From Thalia democratica (taxonomy: Eukaryota): a stretch of 64,000 nucleotides of DNA. Below, piece after piece: positions 51,276 through 64,000 of the stretch. Made by a program: the position numbers and the translations under genes. The stretch spans positions 29,016,001 to 29,080,000 of the forward strand of contig OZ241829.1 in NCBI GenBank assembly GCA_965202585.1, in the 5' to 3' direction. The stretch's first letter is position 1. The number at the start of each line of letters is the position of its first letter. The notes beneath the pieces were generated by a model that did no database searches, had not been told where the DNA came from, and saw only the letters and a list, made by a program, of their open reading frames with translations.

Positions 51276-54200
51276 TTAATCGTCCTCGTTAGATATGAGC
51301 TGTTGGGAATTTTTATTGAAAACATAAATGAAACTGAAAAAAATCTTAAATCGTAGATATAGATATGCATAATTAACATTGTTGTTCAATTAAGCACAAT
51401 CAATTTTACACATTTAAAAGATCATTTAGAAATATTTTATTTTGAAAATTTGTCAGTAGTTTTTCAATAAACAACAGCATAAATTATATCGACAGCATTA
51501 AAATTTTCTCTTTTATCAACGCTTAAAACATAGGGATGCTACTAATTTTAAATATTTTTTAGTTTCTACCCAATTCTAGTTACCATACACCAACTTACAT
51601 AATTTACAGTTAAATTTCTCACCAAATTATACTCAAAAAAATATTTTTTTAGCGTTTTTTTACACACAAACTTTTAAAGACTCCTTATTGACTTACTTTT
51701 TTACATTTTTTTAACTTTGTTCATTAAACAGTTTTTTCAGAGCTATCAATCTAACCACACTGTTGCGAGAAGTCTAACTTAAAAGAAAAATTTTCTTTCT
51801 TAATTTTCTATCACAAACAAAAACTTTTTCAACGGCGTCTTTGAGGGAAAACCCAACTGGTTTCGTTTTAAAACAAAACAAATTTTTGAAAACAAAACCC
51901 GCGGAACCAACTGATCAACGAAAATTTGAGTGAGAGATAAACCAACCTGCTTCACGGTGTCCTTCAGAAACTGCTTCTTCTCGGTGAGCGGGTCGTGGGG
52001 GTACTTGGCGTAGATCTGCTTCAGGATGTCCTTCATCGTCGTCGTTTCCAGGTTCACCTCCTGCAACAGCGCCCTGCAGTCCAGCTCCAGCTGCTCCTCC
52101 TGTGTTCAGTGGTTCATGTAAGAAGGAAATGCTTCGAACGTGTTAAGAGACAACATTCTGGTTTTAAAAAAATGCACCTCCCATTGAGCTGGTAGTTGTT
52201 TTTTGTTTCGATATATTTTACGCTTTTTATGGCCACGGGTTTAGATTTAAAAAATTTGGCTGAAATGGATTAGGCATAGGGGCTAAAATGTCATTTATGT
52301 CCAACTGTATTGTTACTGTTTGCCAGTTCATGAATAAAACTGATGAATAAATTATTACAGTACTACTGCAGCCGACCCATAAAAATCAGTATTTATCTAT
52401 GTTGCCTTTTTAAAGCTCATAATTATAAGGAAAAATTAAAAGTTGAACATTTTAAATAAAAATATTGTCATTTTGTTCATATTTAAATATTAAAAACTAA
52501 TTACAGCATTAACTTTGAAATTGAGAATAAAAAACTAACTTAAGTTTTGATAACTGTTGTAATCTAGTATTTTATGGATAACAATAAGACATCTTAAAAG
52601 TTTTAAAGAAAAAAATTAATCTCAAACTTATTTATTTAAAATTTCTACTACTAGATTGGAACATGTACATTATAATTTAACTTTTAATTCTATCAACTAA
52701 AATTATCAATTTTAGTACTAAACCAAAAGAATCGTAAAATATATAGATTTTTAATTTATTTATGCTCATTTATTCAAAAAAAAATTGTTTAGCTTGAAAG
52801 AAGTTTAAAAGAAAAAAATTAAAAAACTGTTTTTACTGTTTTTATTTTACTTTAGAAAACTTTCAAAATTAAGATTTGGTTACAAATGAAACATCATATT
52901 TTTTATATTTTCAACAAACAAACTGAGGGGTTTTTCGGTTTGGGTTCCTTGGACTTCCTCTTTGTTGACTTCGGTGCTGAAAAATTTCATTGTTTACAGC
53001 AAATATTTTGTTGTTTTATTACAGCAACTATTAAACACATTTTTAACTTATCCAAATCAAAATTAAAAGAATACTTTTAAGATAAGCTTAAATATTAATA
53101 AATAAAAAATATAAAGAGCAACTGTATTTAATTTAACAGATATAAATTTTACACGTTTTTTATTTTTTCATTAACACAACATAGAAATAGTATAATCTAA
53201 CACATCTAACCATATTTACTACATCGACTATATTTTTTAACTATTCAAGTTACAACAACAAGTAGTTTTAAATGTTATTAATAACTAATTGGCTAACTTG
53301 GAGTTATTTTAACTTTAGCGACTGGTGTTTTTTTCTTTGGTGCACTCTTCGGAGTTTGCTGAAAACGTAAAAAATATTTCTTTATCTGTTACTTTTTCAT
53401 TTCTCATTTATATTTCTTACAAAATCCATCATTTAAATAACTTACAAGTAAGATAGCGACTTTTCTATAAACTTTTTAGGTTTGGATGCTGATTTACAGT
53501 TTTGAAAACGTAGCAGGAAAAAAATTAAAACATAATAATTACTTTTGTTTTCATTGCAGAATTGTAGCTCTAAAAAACAGGAAAAACTTGACTATCAATC
53601 AACAAATTAAAACTTTAACATGCCCACAAAAAACAACTAAAAAATTTAATTTAGTTAAACTGGAAACACAAAAAATATAATTAAAAAATAATTTTTCACT
53701 AAATTCACTTAAAAAATAAACTGTTATCATAACCTTTATACTGATAATACTTGGTTAGAAAAACATAAGTATGCGTGAACAATAGAAGTTTTATTAAATA
53801 AAAACAACAGATACATTTTTGCTTTGTTTTCAATTTTTTAATTATAAACTAAAGTTTGAACTTCTTTTTAGTTTTATTTAGTTTGGTTAAAACAATTTCA
53901 CTAAACTAAATACCATGTTTGTCGATAATGTTATTTTGATCCTTTTGATGTCTAAATCAATTTTTAAGATACTTTTCAAAAAAATTAAATATCTGTTCAC
54001 GGTCAAAAACAACATACAAATAATAGTTATTAAACCAATCAAATTGAGCGTTCGTGACTCGCATGTTGAAACTTTCCGATACATAACACTTTTTAACTTA
54101 CTGTTTTTTTGGCGGGGGTTTTTTTAGCAACAAGGGTTTTCTTAGCGGTGGCTTTTGAAGCAGAGCTCGGAGTTTTAGGTTGCTGTTTGATTGGTAAATA

Positions 54201-57200
54201 AAAATTACAAAAAAACGCAAAAACCACATGCAAACATTTCAACTTTTAACTAAAAATATTCACACGCTTTACATGCAAGTTTTTGATAGCTTAAAAATAT
54301 TTTTTATCAAATTAAATTTATTCAGATATAGCAAATACATTTCATAAAAAATTGAAAAGAATTTTAAAAACTCACTCAATTTTTTTTTAATATTTATTAA
54401 GTTTATAATATATGCAAAAAAGTGTTAGTAAAACTTCTAAGTTAATTTGATTTTTTCATGTAACAAATAAAAAAAATTAAGGCTTTAAGAAAGAATTTTA
54501 GTCTTTATTTATCGTGTAGCTATTCTTTTTAACCATACTACAAGCACAGGGATTAAAAAAAATTGATACAATTAAAAAACAAAAGCCAAAGCAAAACAGT
54601 TCTCAAACAAAATATTCCATTAATTTTGAGCATTTTTCAAACAATTATTGCTTCAAACGAAATTTGTCTCACCTTTTTTTTCGGCTCCGGCTGCTCCGCA
54701 ACACTTTTCTGAAACATTTTTAACGTTGACCTATTTTGCTCTAACTAAAAAATAAAAAAGAGAAAAATATGTTTGAGCAAAAAGAACAAAACACCTGCGT
54801 TGATAAAAATATGCCGATTAATTTTTTTCTTAGTGATTTGCTAAAAATTTAGAAAAAATGTGTGTATTGAATAAAAGTAATTAAATATGTAGTTCCAAAT
54901 AAAAACATGTAAGAAAAATTATATACACACATACTGTATATATTAATTAATATTATATAAATTTTTTAATTAATTATATATACATTAATACACTAGTCTA
55001 ACTTCTTTACTATAACTGAAAAGGTTATTACAAAAAAAAATTAATCTAATACAACTTGTAAAGATGTTATTATAAAAAAAATAACAATTTAAACCATAAA
55101 CAATTACTTTTATATTGCCTTTTTTTTACATAACTAAGACAATTACTAAATAACAACTTAATGACACTAAAAAATACAACTAAATTAAGAGTTAAGATTT
55201 AAATGCTTGATGAAAATTAAACTATTTTTGTATGTATACAGATAAATATAGCATAACTATTTTTTCTGAAATTTTTTATTGTACTATTACTCACTCTTTT
55301 TTTCATAACTTTTGTTTTTGATGTAGTCTGAAAATAAAAAATTATTAACTTTATAGTTAATTATTTTTTTAGCATTATTTGTAAAGGTAATGGTAAATAT
55401 GTTACTTGACTAAATAAAAAAAGCATGTAAAGTTTTAAAAGCTTATAAAGATAATGAAATTATGTTTTATAATAATAACTTAACATTTGCTAAACAATTT
55501 GGTATAAAAAATAAAAACTGTTAGATTCAATATAATTCAGTTATTATTTAAATTTCTAGAATAAAAAAGTTTTATTTTATTCTATTATCTTTCTCAGTAA
55601 AGTACAACTTGATTTGATTTTATTTATCATATTAGTTGAAACTACTGTAAAACAACTTATTAGAGTATTACAAATTTAATTATGATAACTACAAAAAAAT
55701 GTTTTCTTAAATCAGAAACCATTTAAATACAAAAACAAGTATTTTAAGACAAAATATGTAAGCATACAATTAAAACTTCTCGGCTGTAAATCAAGTACGT
55801 GTACTAAAAATCAAAAAGTTTCAGTTTATATACAAATGCAACTGTAAAATTTGAAAATTTTTATTTAAAAAAGTTTTAACTACTTAACCAAGTTTTTATA
55901 AGTTTTGCAGAAAAATAAAGTAAAACATATATTTAAGAAAAACTTAGTTATCAAAAATCATTTTACCAACTAAATTTTCAATTTAAGCACTCGATAATTT
56001 ATGAAAATAATATTTTTACTTTAAAAAATTCAAAAAAATTACGTTATTTTTTACAGTTGAAGGTTTAGGAGTCGTCGGCTTGGAGTTTACTTTTTTTGCT
56101 TTTTCCTGGTTGTTTGGTGTCTACAATAAATTTAATGACAAAAACACAAACAAAATATTTACGAACAAGACACAAAAAATTGTTGTATATTTTATCATGT
56201 TAATGAGTACGTAGAAATAAATTAACATAAATATCACAAACAAATATAATAATTCAAGTGTAAGTGCAATAAAATCCAAGAAAAAAGTTAAAAAATAATA
56301 TTCTCATAAATCTGAGCAATTTAGATTGTTAATAAAAAACTTATTGTTTAATTTAGCAGCATTTTTTAAATGGATTATACAAACTATTACATTTAATAGG
56401 TTTAATACTTAACTTAAAAAATTACTACGTAAAAAAACAAAGAGAATTTAAAATACTCTAAGTTGAAGTTCAAAAAGTGAATATAAACTTTTAATAAACA
56501 TTTTTTCAAAGTAGGCACACAACTTTTAAGTTATTATTTTGTTATCCATTAAAATTCCAAAAAAAATAATATTAATAAAGTAATTTAAATAAACTTATAC
56601 CAAAATGTTATTAAAACCTTTTTATTGCTTCCAGCTGATTTCGCAGGAGTAGGTTTCTGTTTTAATTATTTAAATTAAACAAAATATAAAATTCATTTTT
56701 TGTCGATTAAGACAAACTTTTTTTTTTGGGAAGTTTTAATAAGGCAAATGTATATAACTAGCTATAAAATTAACTTCTTTACATGTGTACTAGGGTGCTT
56801 ATTTTTACAGCTACTTTTGATTTTGTGGCTGGAATAATTTTACGTTTCGGAATTATCATAAACAGGATTGCTACAGATCAAGCTAAGAAAAAATGACTGA
56901 CTTTTCCTGACTTTTAATTAAAATTTTCTTGATTTTTCTAAATCTAAACTCTAAAGTTAAACTTATTCTAAAATACACAATCAAACACTTGAAATTATAT
57001 AAATCTTCCAATCTTATTTTTATACAGGTTTAAACAACAGTTTTTTTTTTGATGAATTCAATCATCTAACTTCCATTACATCACTTGAACCATCTGTATA
57101 TGATTGATGTATTTGCAACAAACAGCTCTATCAGCAAAATACTTGTATTTTCTAAATTGATAGTTCTAGTTTGTATTCATACATACAAACTCTTCTTCTG

Positions 57201-60200
57201 GATGTAATAGTTTCTCATTTCATACTGTTTTCAAGCAGAGCTTTGTTAATACTTAATGTAGTTCGACCTCAGCCTGGTCATTATGCAACACAAATAATGG
57301 TTGCAACATCTTTCCGAGAGAAGATTTGGCGAAAATTTTAATGTTTCAAAATAGAACTGGTCCAAACAATCTTCCTTTTGCTTGAAGCTCTTGAACTTTA
57401 TTGCATTCATTGGACAATTTACTAAAGTTCTAAATTGTTCAATGCTAGTATTACCTTCAGAGTTGGAGCACATTTTTACTATGTTAAGGAGTGCACAATG
57501 TTGGCAAAACGCTTAACAACAATTGTGACTCCTAATTTTTCAAGGCCATGCGGATTTAGGCATGACATATTTTTTACAAATGTACTTCCATAAGTCATTC
57601 TGCTCCGGAGATTTTCAACCGCTTTTATAACAAATAATCTACATTCTTTGTTGAATTTAAGACCTTTTGTTCCTCAAATAGATCCTTTTTCCTCAAATTT
57701 GCAAGCAAATTGGTTGCAGCACAACTAAGATCAAGGGCCGGTTTTAGGGAAGCTTGATCATTTAATTCAACCTTGAATAACTGGTTAAGCTGAGGTTCGT
57801 AAATATCACGTCTTTCATAATGATGCACAGCAATTTAATTACCAAGCACGAAATGTCCTCATGCATAAAGGCAACAACAGGCTGGGTACTCTGGCACAAT
57901 GTCAAAAAAGGCTGCATAAGAGATATCACATAACTAAAGAAATGCAAGAAAACTTTTGAGTATATATCACAGTTTCACTATGGAAGTGTCCTTGCCACAG
58001 ATCATCAATACTAAAGAGCATAAAAAAACTGCTTGTTCAAGTAGGGTAGTTGTACAATATGTTAATAGAAAAATTTTGCAGTTTTACAAAGGATATTTTA
58101 TTAATCTATACATTACCAGATGAAGGCATTGGAAATTAAACAATTTTGTAAATTTCTAGGAAAATTTTGCAATTTTAGTCTGACTTTAAAGGATTTTTAA
58201 TTAATTTTTTACTATTTGAAGGCTTTGGAAAATAAGGAATTTTGTAAATTAATCTGACCTTTTTTTTTTCAATTTTGTCAAATTTCCTGACTATTCCTGA
58301 CTTTTTTTCAAAAACCCCCATTTTATTCTGACTTTTCCTATTTTTTTTTATTTTTTTTTTTATTTTTCTTGACTTTTCCTGATTTCTTGACTTTTCCTAA
58401 TCGTGTGGCAACCCTGCATAAAACACCCTGTACAAAACTTTAGATGAATTGAAGAAACTTTCACCTTGGATCCAACCGATTTTTAAAAAACCCCCCCAAA
58501 GCAAAATGTTGGGATCCTAAAAATGCAGCCTTGGAGCTTAAGTTGAATTTTTTTTTATGTGGCCAATTATCACACACACGATTTTGAAGAATTTAAAACG
58601 TTTTAAAGAAAGTTTCATGGTGGCGCTTCTTGTTTTTTGAAAAAAGTAACTGGAAATTCAAGAAAACTTACAAATAGTGATAAAAATTAAATAAATTCAA
58701 GAAATGCCACCATAAAAATTTCTTTAAATCGTTTTAAATTGTTCACAATGTGTTTAGCTGATACACATTAAAAAAAAATTCAGCTTAAAACTCTAAGGCT
58801 GCATTTTTTGGATCCCAACATTTTGCTTTGGGGTGGTTTTCAAAAAATCAATTGGAGCCAAGGTGAAAGTTTCTTCAAATTATCTAAAATTTCGCCCAGG
58901 GTGTTTTATGAAATTTCCGAAACGTAAATTTTTTTCCAACTGGAAAATCAAAAGTAGCTGTAAAAATAAGCACCCTATTATATTTATTATTTATGAAATA
59001 CATCAGGTTATTTTTTTCTAGTTATTAGAATAGAAGTTCTAAAGTGTTTTTGATTATATATTTGACCTACTCTATGGCTTAATAAAAGTTTCCTTCAATA
59101 GCGTTTAATTTTTCTACTTTTAACTAAATTTTAAGATACAGATTTGTTATCGTAGTAGTACGGCGACAAAATTGTTTTATTAAATTATAGTTTTGTTAAT
59201 ATTCATTGACTAATAATCTTTATTCAAACTTACCAATTTTTTGGCTGGAGTTTTTGTTGTTGAAGTGCTCTGTGAATCAAAATTAATTATTTCAAAGTTT
59301 GATAAAAACTATAAAAACTTGCAAATATATCAATTTTGAAAAATGCTATAAATCCAAGTTCTCTACTATTCTTATTTCAAAGTAATTAATTAATACTTCC
59401 GCTATAAATTATTGATAACTTATAACAATTTTAGCTTATGTTAATGATTTTTTTTCATCATATAAAACTCACCTTCCTTTTTGTAGCTGATTTTTTAGGA
59501 CTTTTCTTGGGAGTCTTTTTAGCTTTAGGGTCCTGCAGTATTAAAACAGTTGATTAAATAAAAAGTTAAATCTAAAAATTTTCTAAGCTAGTTATTTTTG
59601 ATTATTTGGTGTACATAAACTACGGGAAATTTAAACATTTATATATATAACTGATAAAAACAGTTTTAACATTTTTAAATTAATTCTAATAACTATTATT
59701 TAAACCTTTCCACATGGTTGACGGCACATTAAGGTATATATCATAAATAGAAAAACAACTTTATTTCTAGTATCAATTCTAATAACTACTATTTAAACCT
59801 TTCCACTGGGTTCAGGACACATCAACCATGTCATCAACCCTCCAATCATGTCATCCTTTTTACCTGAAAATTAAATATATATATATACAAAAATGCTTGG
59901 TATAAAAAATTGAAATTCAACTACTCAGTTTACTTTTACATATTTTCTAACCTTTAGCTTTTTGAACGTCGAACAACTCGATGACCCATTTCAAGTTCGC
60001 GGTGGTGTACCTGGAATGTAATAGTATAATTATTTGTTGTGAAAAAAATATATTGCGCCTGGAAGCAATGAAAAAACTATCTCCGACTGACAACTGTAAT
60101 ACCAATCGTCTTTAGTTATTAAAATTATGCAGATAATTATAAAAATTATTTTTAATGTTTTTAACAATGAGCAAGGAGATAACTCAATTATTTTAAATGA

Positions 60201-63200
60201 AGAAATAATTAAATAGAAAATAACAGGTAAACTCGTTTACTTATTTTTGCATAAAATTTCAATTCTGTTTCAAAACAAACTTTGAAACCTACTCACTTAA
60301 CAAACTCAACTAAAAACAGTACTTTAACTCTTCAAGCTTAAAAATTGTAAGTTGCAGCAGCTCATTTGAGTTAGTTATGAAATTTACCAAAATCATTCTA
60401 ATAAAATACATTCAAGTAGGAAGGTTTTTAAACGTATTTATATACCATTTGCAACTTATTATTAATAGATTATTCATTTTGTTATATATTTTATTACACT
60501 AAGCTTTTCAAAACTATACGAGTTTCATTCTCAAGTGACAAGTGTTAATGAAATTTTTTAAAATTTTTGGTTTGTAAACAGCTTAAAAAATAACTTTAAA
60601 TTGTGATGTATGAATAAATTAAAATAAATACAAAGCTTAGAGACTTCGAAAGTAAAAATAAAGTAAAGATGTGTTTGTTAGTAAATTGTTAATTATTTAG
60701 TTTTTCAATTTAATGCTATTTGCTTATTTAAATTAGGTCGCTCTTCCTCAATCAATATTGATTCCAGGCTGTAGAGTTCGCTTTGTTTACATCGTTTCAA
60801 AGCTTTGTGTAATAAAATATAAAACAAAATGTTAAATCTATTAATAATAAGTTGCAAATGGTATATAAAATACATTTAAACTTTAGCCTTAAGTAATAAG
60901 AGCCGGAAAATGAAGAATTTAAAGAGTGATTGAGAGCAAATACAAGCAACAAATAATAATTATAGTTGTGTAACTAATCAAAATGACTCACATATTTAAA
61001 TTGGAATATTTAAGTTTTTAGAATTAATGTTGAAATTAGCATAAGTATTTCAAAAGATAGGTTTATTTAAGTCTGAAATTATCCGTATTTTCCGATATGA
61101 TCAAAAATTTCAAAAAATGTATTTGGACAAATGAGTAAAAATTATATATAAACAAATTGAAAACAGTCAATTTGAAATAACTGTTTTCTTTAGCAAAATT
61201 GATAAAACTTAAAAAAGCATTATACACATAAATATCTAAATATTAATATTAAACATATAAACTGAACCAACTTTTCAAGGGCGACTTTCTTCAACTTGTA
61301 AGGTTTCGATCCCTCTTCAAAAGCAAATCCGTTAAACAACCTAATATTAGCCTTCACTTTGTTCACGTTCTGTAAGTTTGTTTAATAAAAATATATATCA
61401 TTGTTTATTTAACTAACTATTATTAAATAAATTTATTGAGTTTTTGCGTTATTTATTAAGTAGTAGAATACTACGTATACCTAGACATACAGAAACAGAT
61501 AAAAACAATCTAGGAAATACTTTGTAAGTGAAATGTTGTTTTTACAGATGAAATGTGCCCGAGGACACTATTAATGTTCCTCACCGTATGGGGCAGTGGT
61601 CAGTACAAGAAACCCAATAAAAACTGATAGGTTCAAGGTAAGAGATAGCTTTTGGAAGACAAGCCCATGTTTATTAAATTTCGATTGTAAAAAAATCATA
61701 TAAAATATCAGCTACCGAAAATAGAAATGTACATAAAAATTTTCAAATTTAATTTACGCATAAATTTGCAGAGTTAAAAAGGATCAGTTGCTCAAGTCGC
61801 CCGTCAACGGCGTACTTTGGTACAAGTTATCGTGCACAAAAGTATTTTGATAAAAAAACCATAGATAACCGACTTTTTTTATTTCTATGCTTTTAATACA
61901 CCTTTATACCAAGTCAACCTTTATTTGTTTTTATTAACCATCATTCTGATTATTTAAGTTAAACACTATAAAATGTTTGTAATGTGCTAGAATAAATAAT
62001 ATGAAGAATAGTATTTTCGTTTATAACAATAATTAATCAAGCAATTGTAATTATCTAACTTAACTAGATTATAATTTGGTAGAATTTGAACTAACGTTTA
62101 AGCTCTGTTTAACATTACAAGTTTACAAATATAAATTTTCTGTAGTATTTCAGAAGTAATACAATAAAAAACTTAAACTTCAAGTCTGACTTGAGTAGTT
62201 GAAGAAGTGTGTTTGGAATAATTGTAATTTAGTCAGATAAACAAGAAATGTATTTTTAGGCTATGCTTACTTAAAAGATAGAATATATATGCGGCATACA
62301 TATTTTTTTCTTAAGTTTGCAGGCTTATTCCGAGTTTGAAAAAATTGAAACCATAAAAAATAATCTCAATAATACTGAATGAAAATTAAATGCACTTCAG
62401 CATTAAAGATAATTCTATTAATTAAATATCAGTTGTAAAATATATTATTCTACTATAAAATCATTGGAAAGATGATTCGTTTGCAAATGAAAGCAACTAA
62501 CAATTGCTAAACTAAAAACAGGGACGGTGTTGATATGGTAAAAAGCAAAAATTTCAAAAGTGACAAAAAGATAGCAAATACAAGTTTTTTTTAAGTTTTA
62601 ATTACTTACAGATTTACTTATTTTATCAACAAAAAAATCGAAAATTCACAGCCTAAAAACTACATAGCAATAAAAGCTTCAATTAATCTATCATTTATAC
62701 AAAATTTACACAAAAGACTAAGCAAACCTCGGCAGGCTGCGAGTATAGAAACTTGTGGATGGTCTTAAGATCCGCGACCACATTCTTCTGTAAGTTGTGC
62801 TCGACCATGGGGTGGTCTGCTAACACGACTCCACTCCTGGTAAAAATACTTTGATTATTAAACAGATGAAGTAAATAAAGTTACTGTTAGGTTCAACTGA
62901 GGTCATATAAATAAATAAATGAATGCTATAAACAATTGTAAAAAACAATATTAAAATTATTTAATTTAATCATGAAAGTTACCCTTCAGGTATTTCCACG
63001 TTTTTCTTGGGAGTTGTTGCGGGCGTGTAGTCGGATGGCATGTATTTTTTTGATTTTTTTCTTTCCCTTTTGCCATCTAAAATTTCCACCGGTGCCTCTA
63101 AACTTCCCACTAAAGTAACAAATATTAGTAAGACATAACACGTTATACTATTGAACTTAAACAATTAAACAACTGCATAGTAATTTAAACTATATTTTTG

Positions 63201-63762
63201 TTCATGTGTAGTTTTATTTTAAAATTCTAATCTGTCACCAGTGACTCAACAAAAACTATTGAGATTAAAATAAACAATTAAAGTATTCATTAATAAATAG
63301 AAACCAACATGGAAGCTCCTCATCGGAAGAATCTTCATCTTCCCCCTCTTCATCCTCCTCATCTTCCACTTGAGTACCTTCAGTTTGCCCCTCCTCTTCA
63401 TCTCCCTCATTCTCCTGAGCTTCTTCAGTTTGCCCCTCCTCTTCATCTCCCTCATTCTCCTGAGCTTCTTCAGTTTGCTCCTCCTCCTCATCTCCCTCAT
63501 TCTCCTGAGCTTCTTCAATTTGCTCCTCATTTTTATCCTCCGGTCCTTCAGCTTGATCTTCCGCCACCTCCTCTTCTTTTTTACTCACCTCATCTTCTTT
63601 ATCCTCGCTCTTCGCATCTTCTACTTCTTTTTTATCATCTTCCGCCTTCTCAGATCCTTCTGTTGCCTTCACTTCTCCTGCCGACTGGTCTTTTACTTCG
63701 GCCTCAGGCTCATTTATTTCTTCTGCTGCTTCCGAGGGTTCTTCTTCTTTTGTGGGAGTTGG
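51276..63762 (-). CDS. DEK: Chromatin protein DEK homolog, 5'-partial (506 aa in window, 16 exons)
   Basis: Exons in transcript order: 63762-63309, 63109-62983, 62836-62728, 61369-61272, 60010-59952, 59863-59799, 59532-59473, 59269-59234, 56656-56618, 56120-56055, 54708-54673, 54182-54102, 53358-53298, 52976-52924, 52099-51947, 51299-51276 (GT-AG, frame-consistent). Motifs ILDGKRERKK, GSGVVL..DLKTIHKFLY, NIRLFNGFAFEEGS..YK, YTTANLKWVIELFDV..GKKDDMI..LM.P.PSGK (SAP region) and LLQEVNLETTTMKDILKQIYAKYP..LTEKKQFLKDTVKQ|LIS (DEK-C) match human DEK. The 53298 donor and 63109 acceptor were chosen to keep frame. Confidence 0.92.
56863..58416. mobile_element. Decayed hAT transposon, 1554 bp, 6-bp TSD CATAAA
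   Basis: Left CAGGATTGCTACA, right TGTGGCAACCCTG. CATAAA at 56857-56862 and 58417-58422. Subterminal TGACTTTTCCTGAC repeats at both ends. Contains a transposase relic. Confidence 0.85.
57150..57960 (-). pseudogene. Frameshifted hAT transposase C-terminal fragment
   Basis: Fragments HFFSYVISLMQPFLTLCQSTQPVVAFMHEDI, CLDQFYFETL and HNDQAEVE..SINKALLENSMK*ETITSRRRV resemble the hAT dimerisation region (SHGQAxVERGFSxNK). Multiple stops and frameshifts. Confidence 0.7.
63379..63530 (-). repeat. Coding 45-bp tandem repeat (~3.4 copies) in the acidic DEK exon
   Basis: Encodes EEAQENEGDEEE(E/G)QT three times. Unit anchors at 63379, 63424, 63469 and 63514. Confidence 0.92.
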
Positions 63763-64000
63763 CTGTTGTTTCAGAAGAAAAGAATTTCAGTAAATTATTA
63801 TTATTAATTTATTTATTTTTTAGTTCTTATAGTTTGAATAAACTGCCTCACTGTTTAAGGCTTTTTTGTAACATTTTTTACGATAGTAACTTAGTTAACA
63901 GTTGTTTTCCTTAAATCAGTAAAAATCTACCTCCTTTTATGATTTTTGAGCAGTTGTTTTACAACTTTTTTTAGTCTAACCTTAGATAAAATACAAACAA

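Larger units (their letters stand above)
56793..58975. mobile_element. Foldback (near-palindromic) MITE of ~620 bp, split by a hAT insertion, in a DEK intron
   Basis: TA|GGGTGCTTATTTTTACAGCTACTTTTGATTT ... AAAATCAAAAGTAGCTGTAAAAATAAGCACCC|TA. The left arm (56793-56862 plus 58417-58633) mirrors the right arm (58698-58975). Confidence 0.85.

Noticed and set aside
57246-57947. Three minus-strand ORFs as extra DEK exons or a host gene
   Set aside because: They lie between TIRs and are pieces of a broken hAT transposase.
61545-61650. Minus-strand hairpin ending GGGCACATTT as an intronic H/ACA snoRNA
   Set aside because: No bipartite pseudouridylation pocket at the right distance from ACA, and no H box after the first hairpin.
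63246-63914. Overlapping ORFs of 94, 201 and 145 aa
   Set aside because: Other-frame and antisense shadows of the low-complexity Glu-rich DEK exon.

Overview
Very AT-rich, intron-rich animal genomic DNA in which coding exons stand out as GC-richer islands. A tunicate (ascidian) origin is inferred, not proven, from a collagen-coiled coil-CCP-C-type lectin gene. Four spliced genes can be built with GT-AG junctions and consistent phases: a stand-alone guanylate-kinase-like protein lacking the GMP-binding residues (19865-26188, +), NDUFA12 (33544-38596, +), a collectin-like collagen/coiled-coil/sushi/CTLD gene with a 1-nt frameshift in its last exon (46747-48863, +), and a 5'-partial DEK gene with 16 exons in the window (51276-63762, -). 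The rest is non-coding and holds many DNA-transposon derivatives with TA, TTAA, 5-, 6- and 8-bp target duplications, some nested. The most unusual observations are: (i) a DEK linker built from symmetric phase-0 microexons carrying S/TPxK motifs like a histone H1 tail; (ii) nine 27-bp copies of the 3' splice site stacked before NDUFA12 exon 2, three of them in frame; (iii) a 1.7-kb composite hAT unit bounded by a perfect 8-bp TSD; (iv) the GK-like pseudoenzyme. No rRNA, tRNA or CRISPR features were found. All calls come from reading the sequence by eye; no database search was run.
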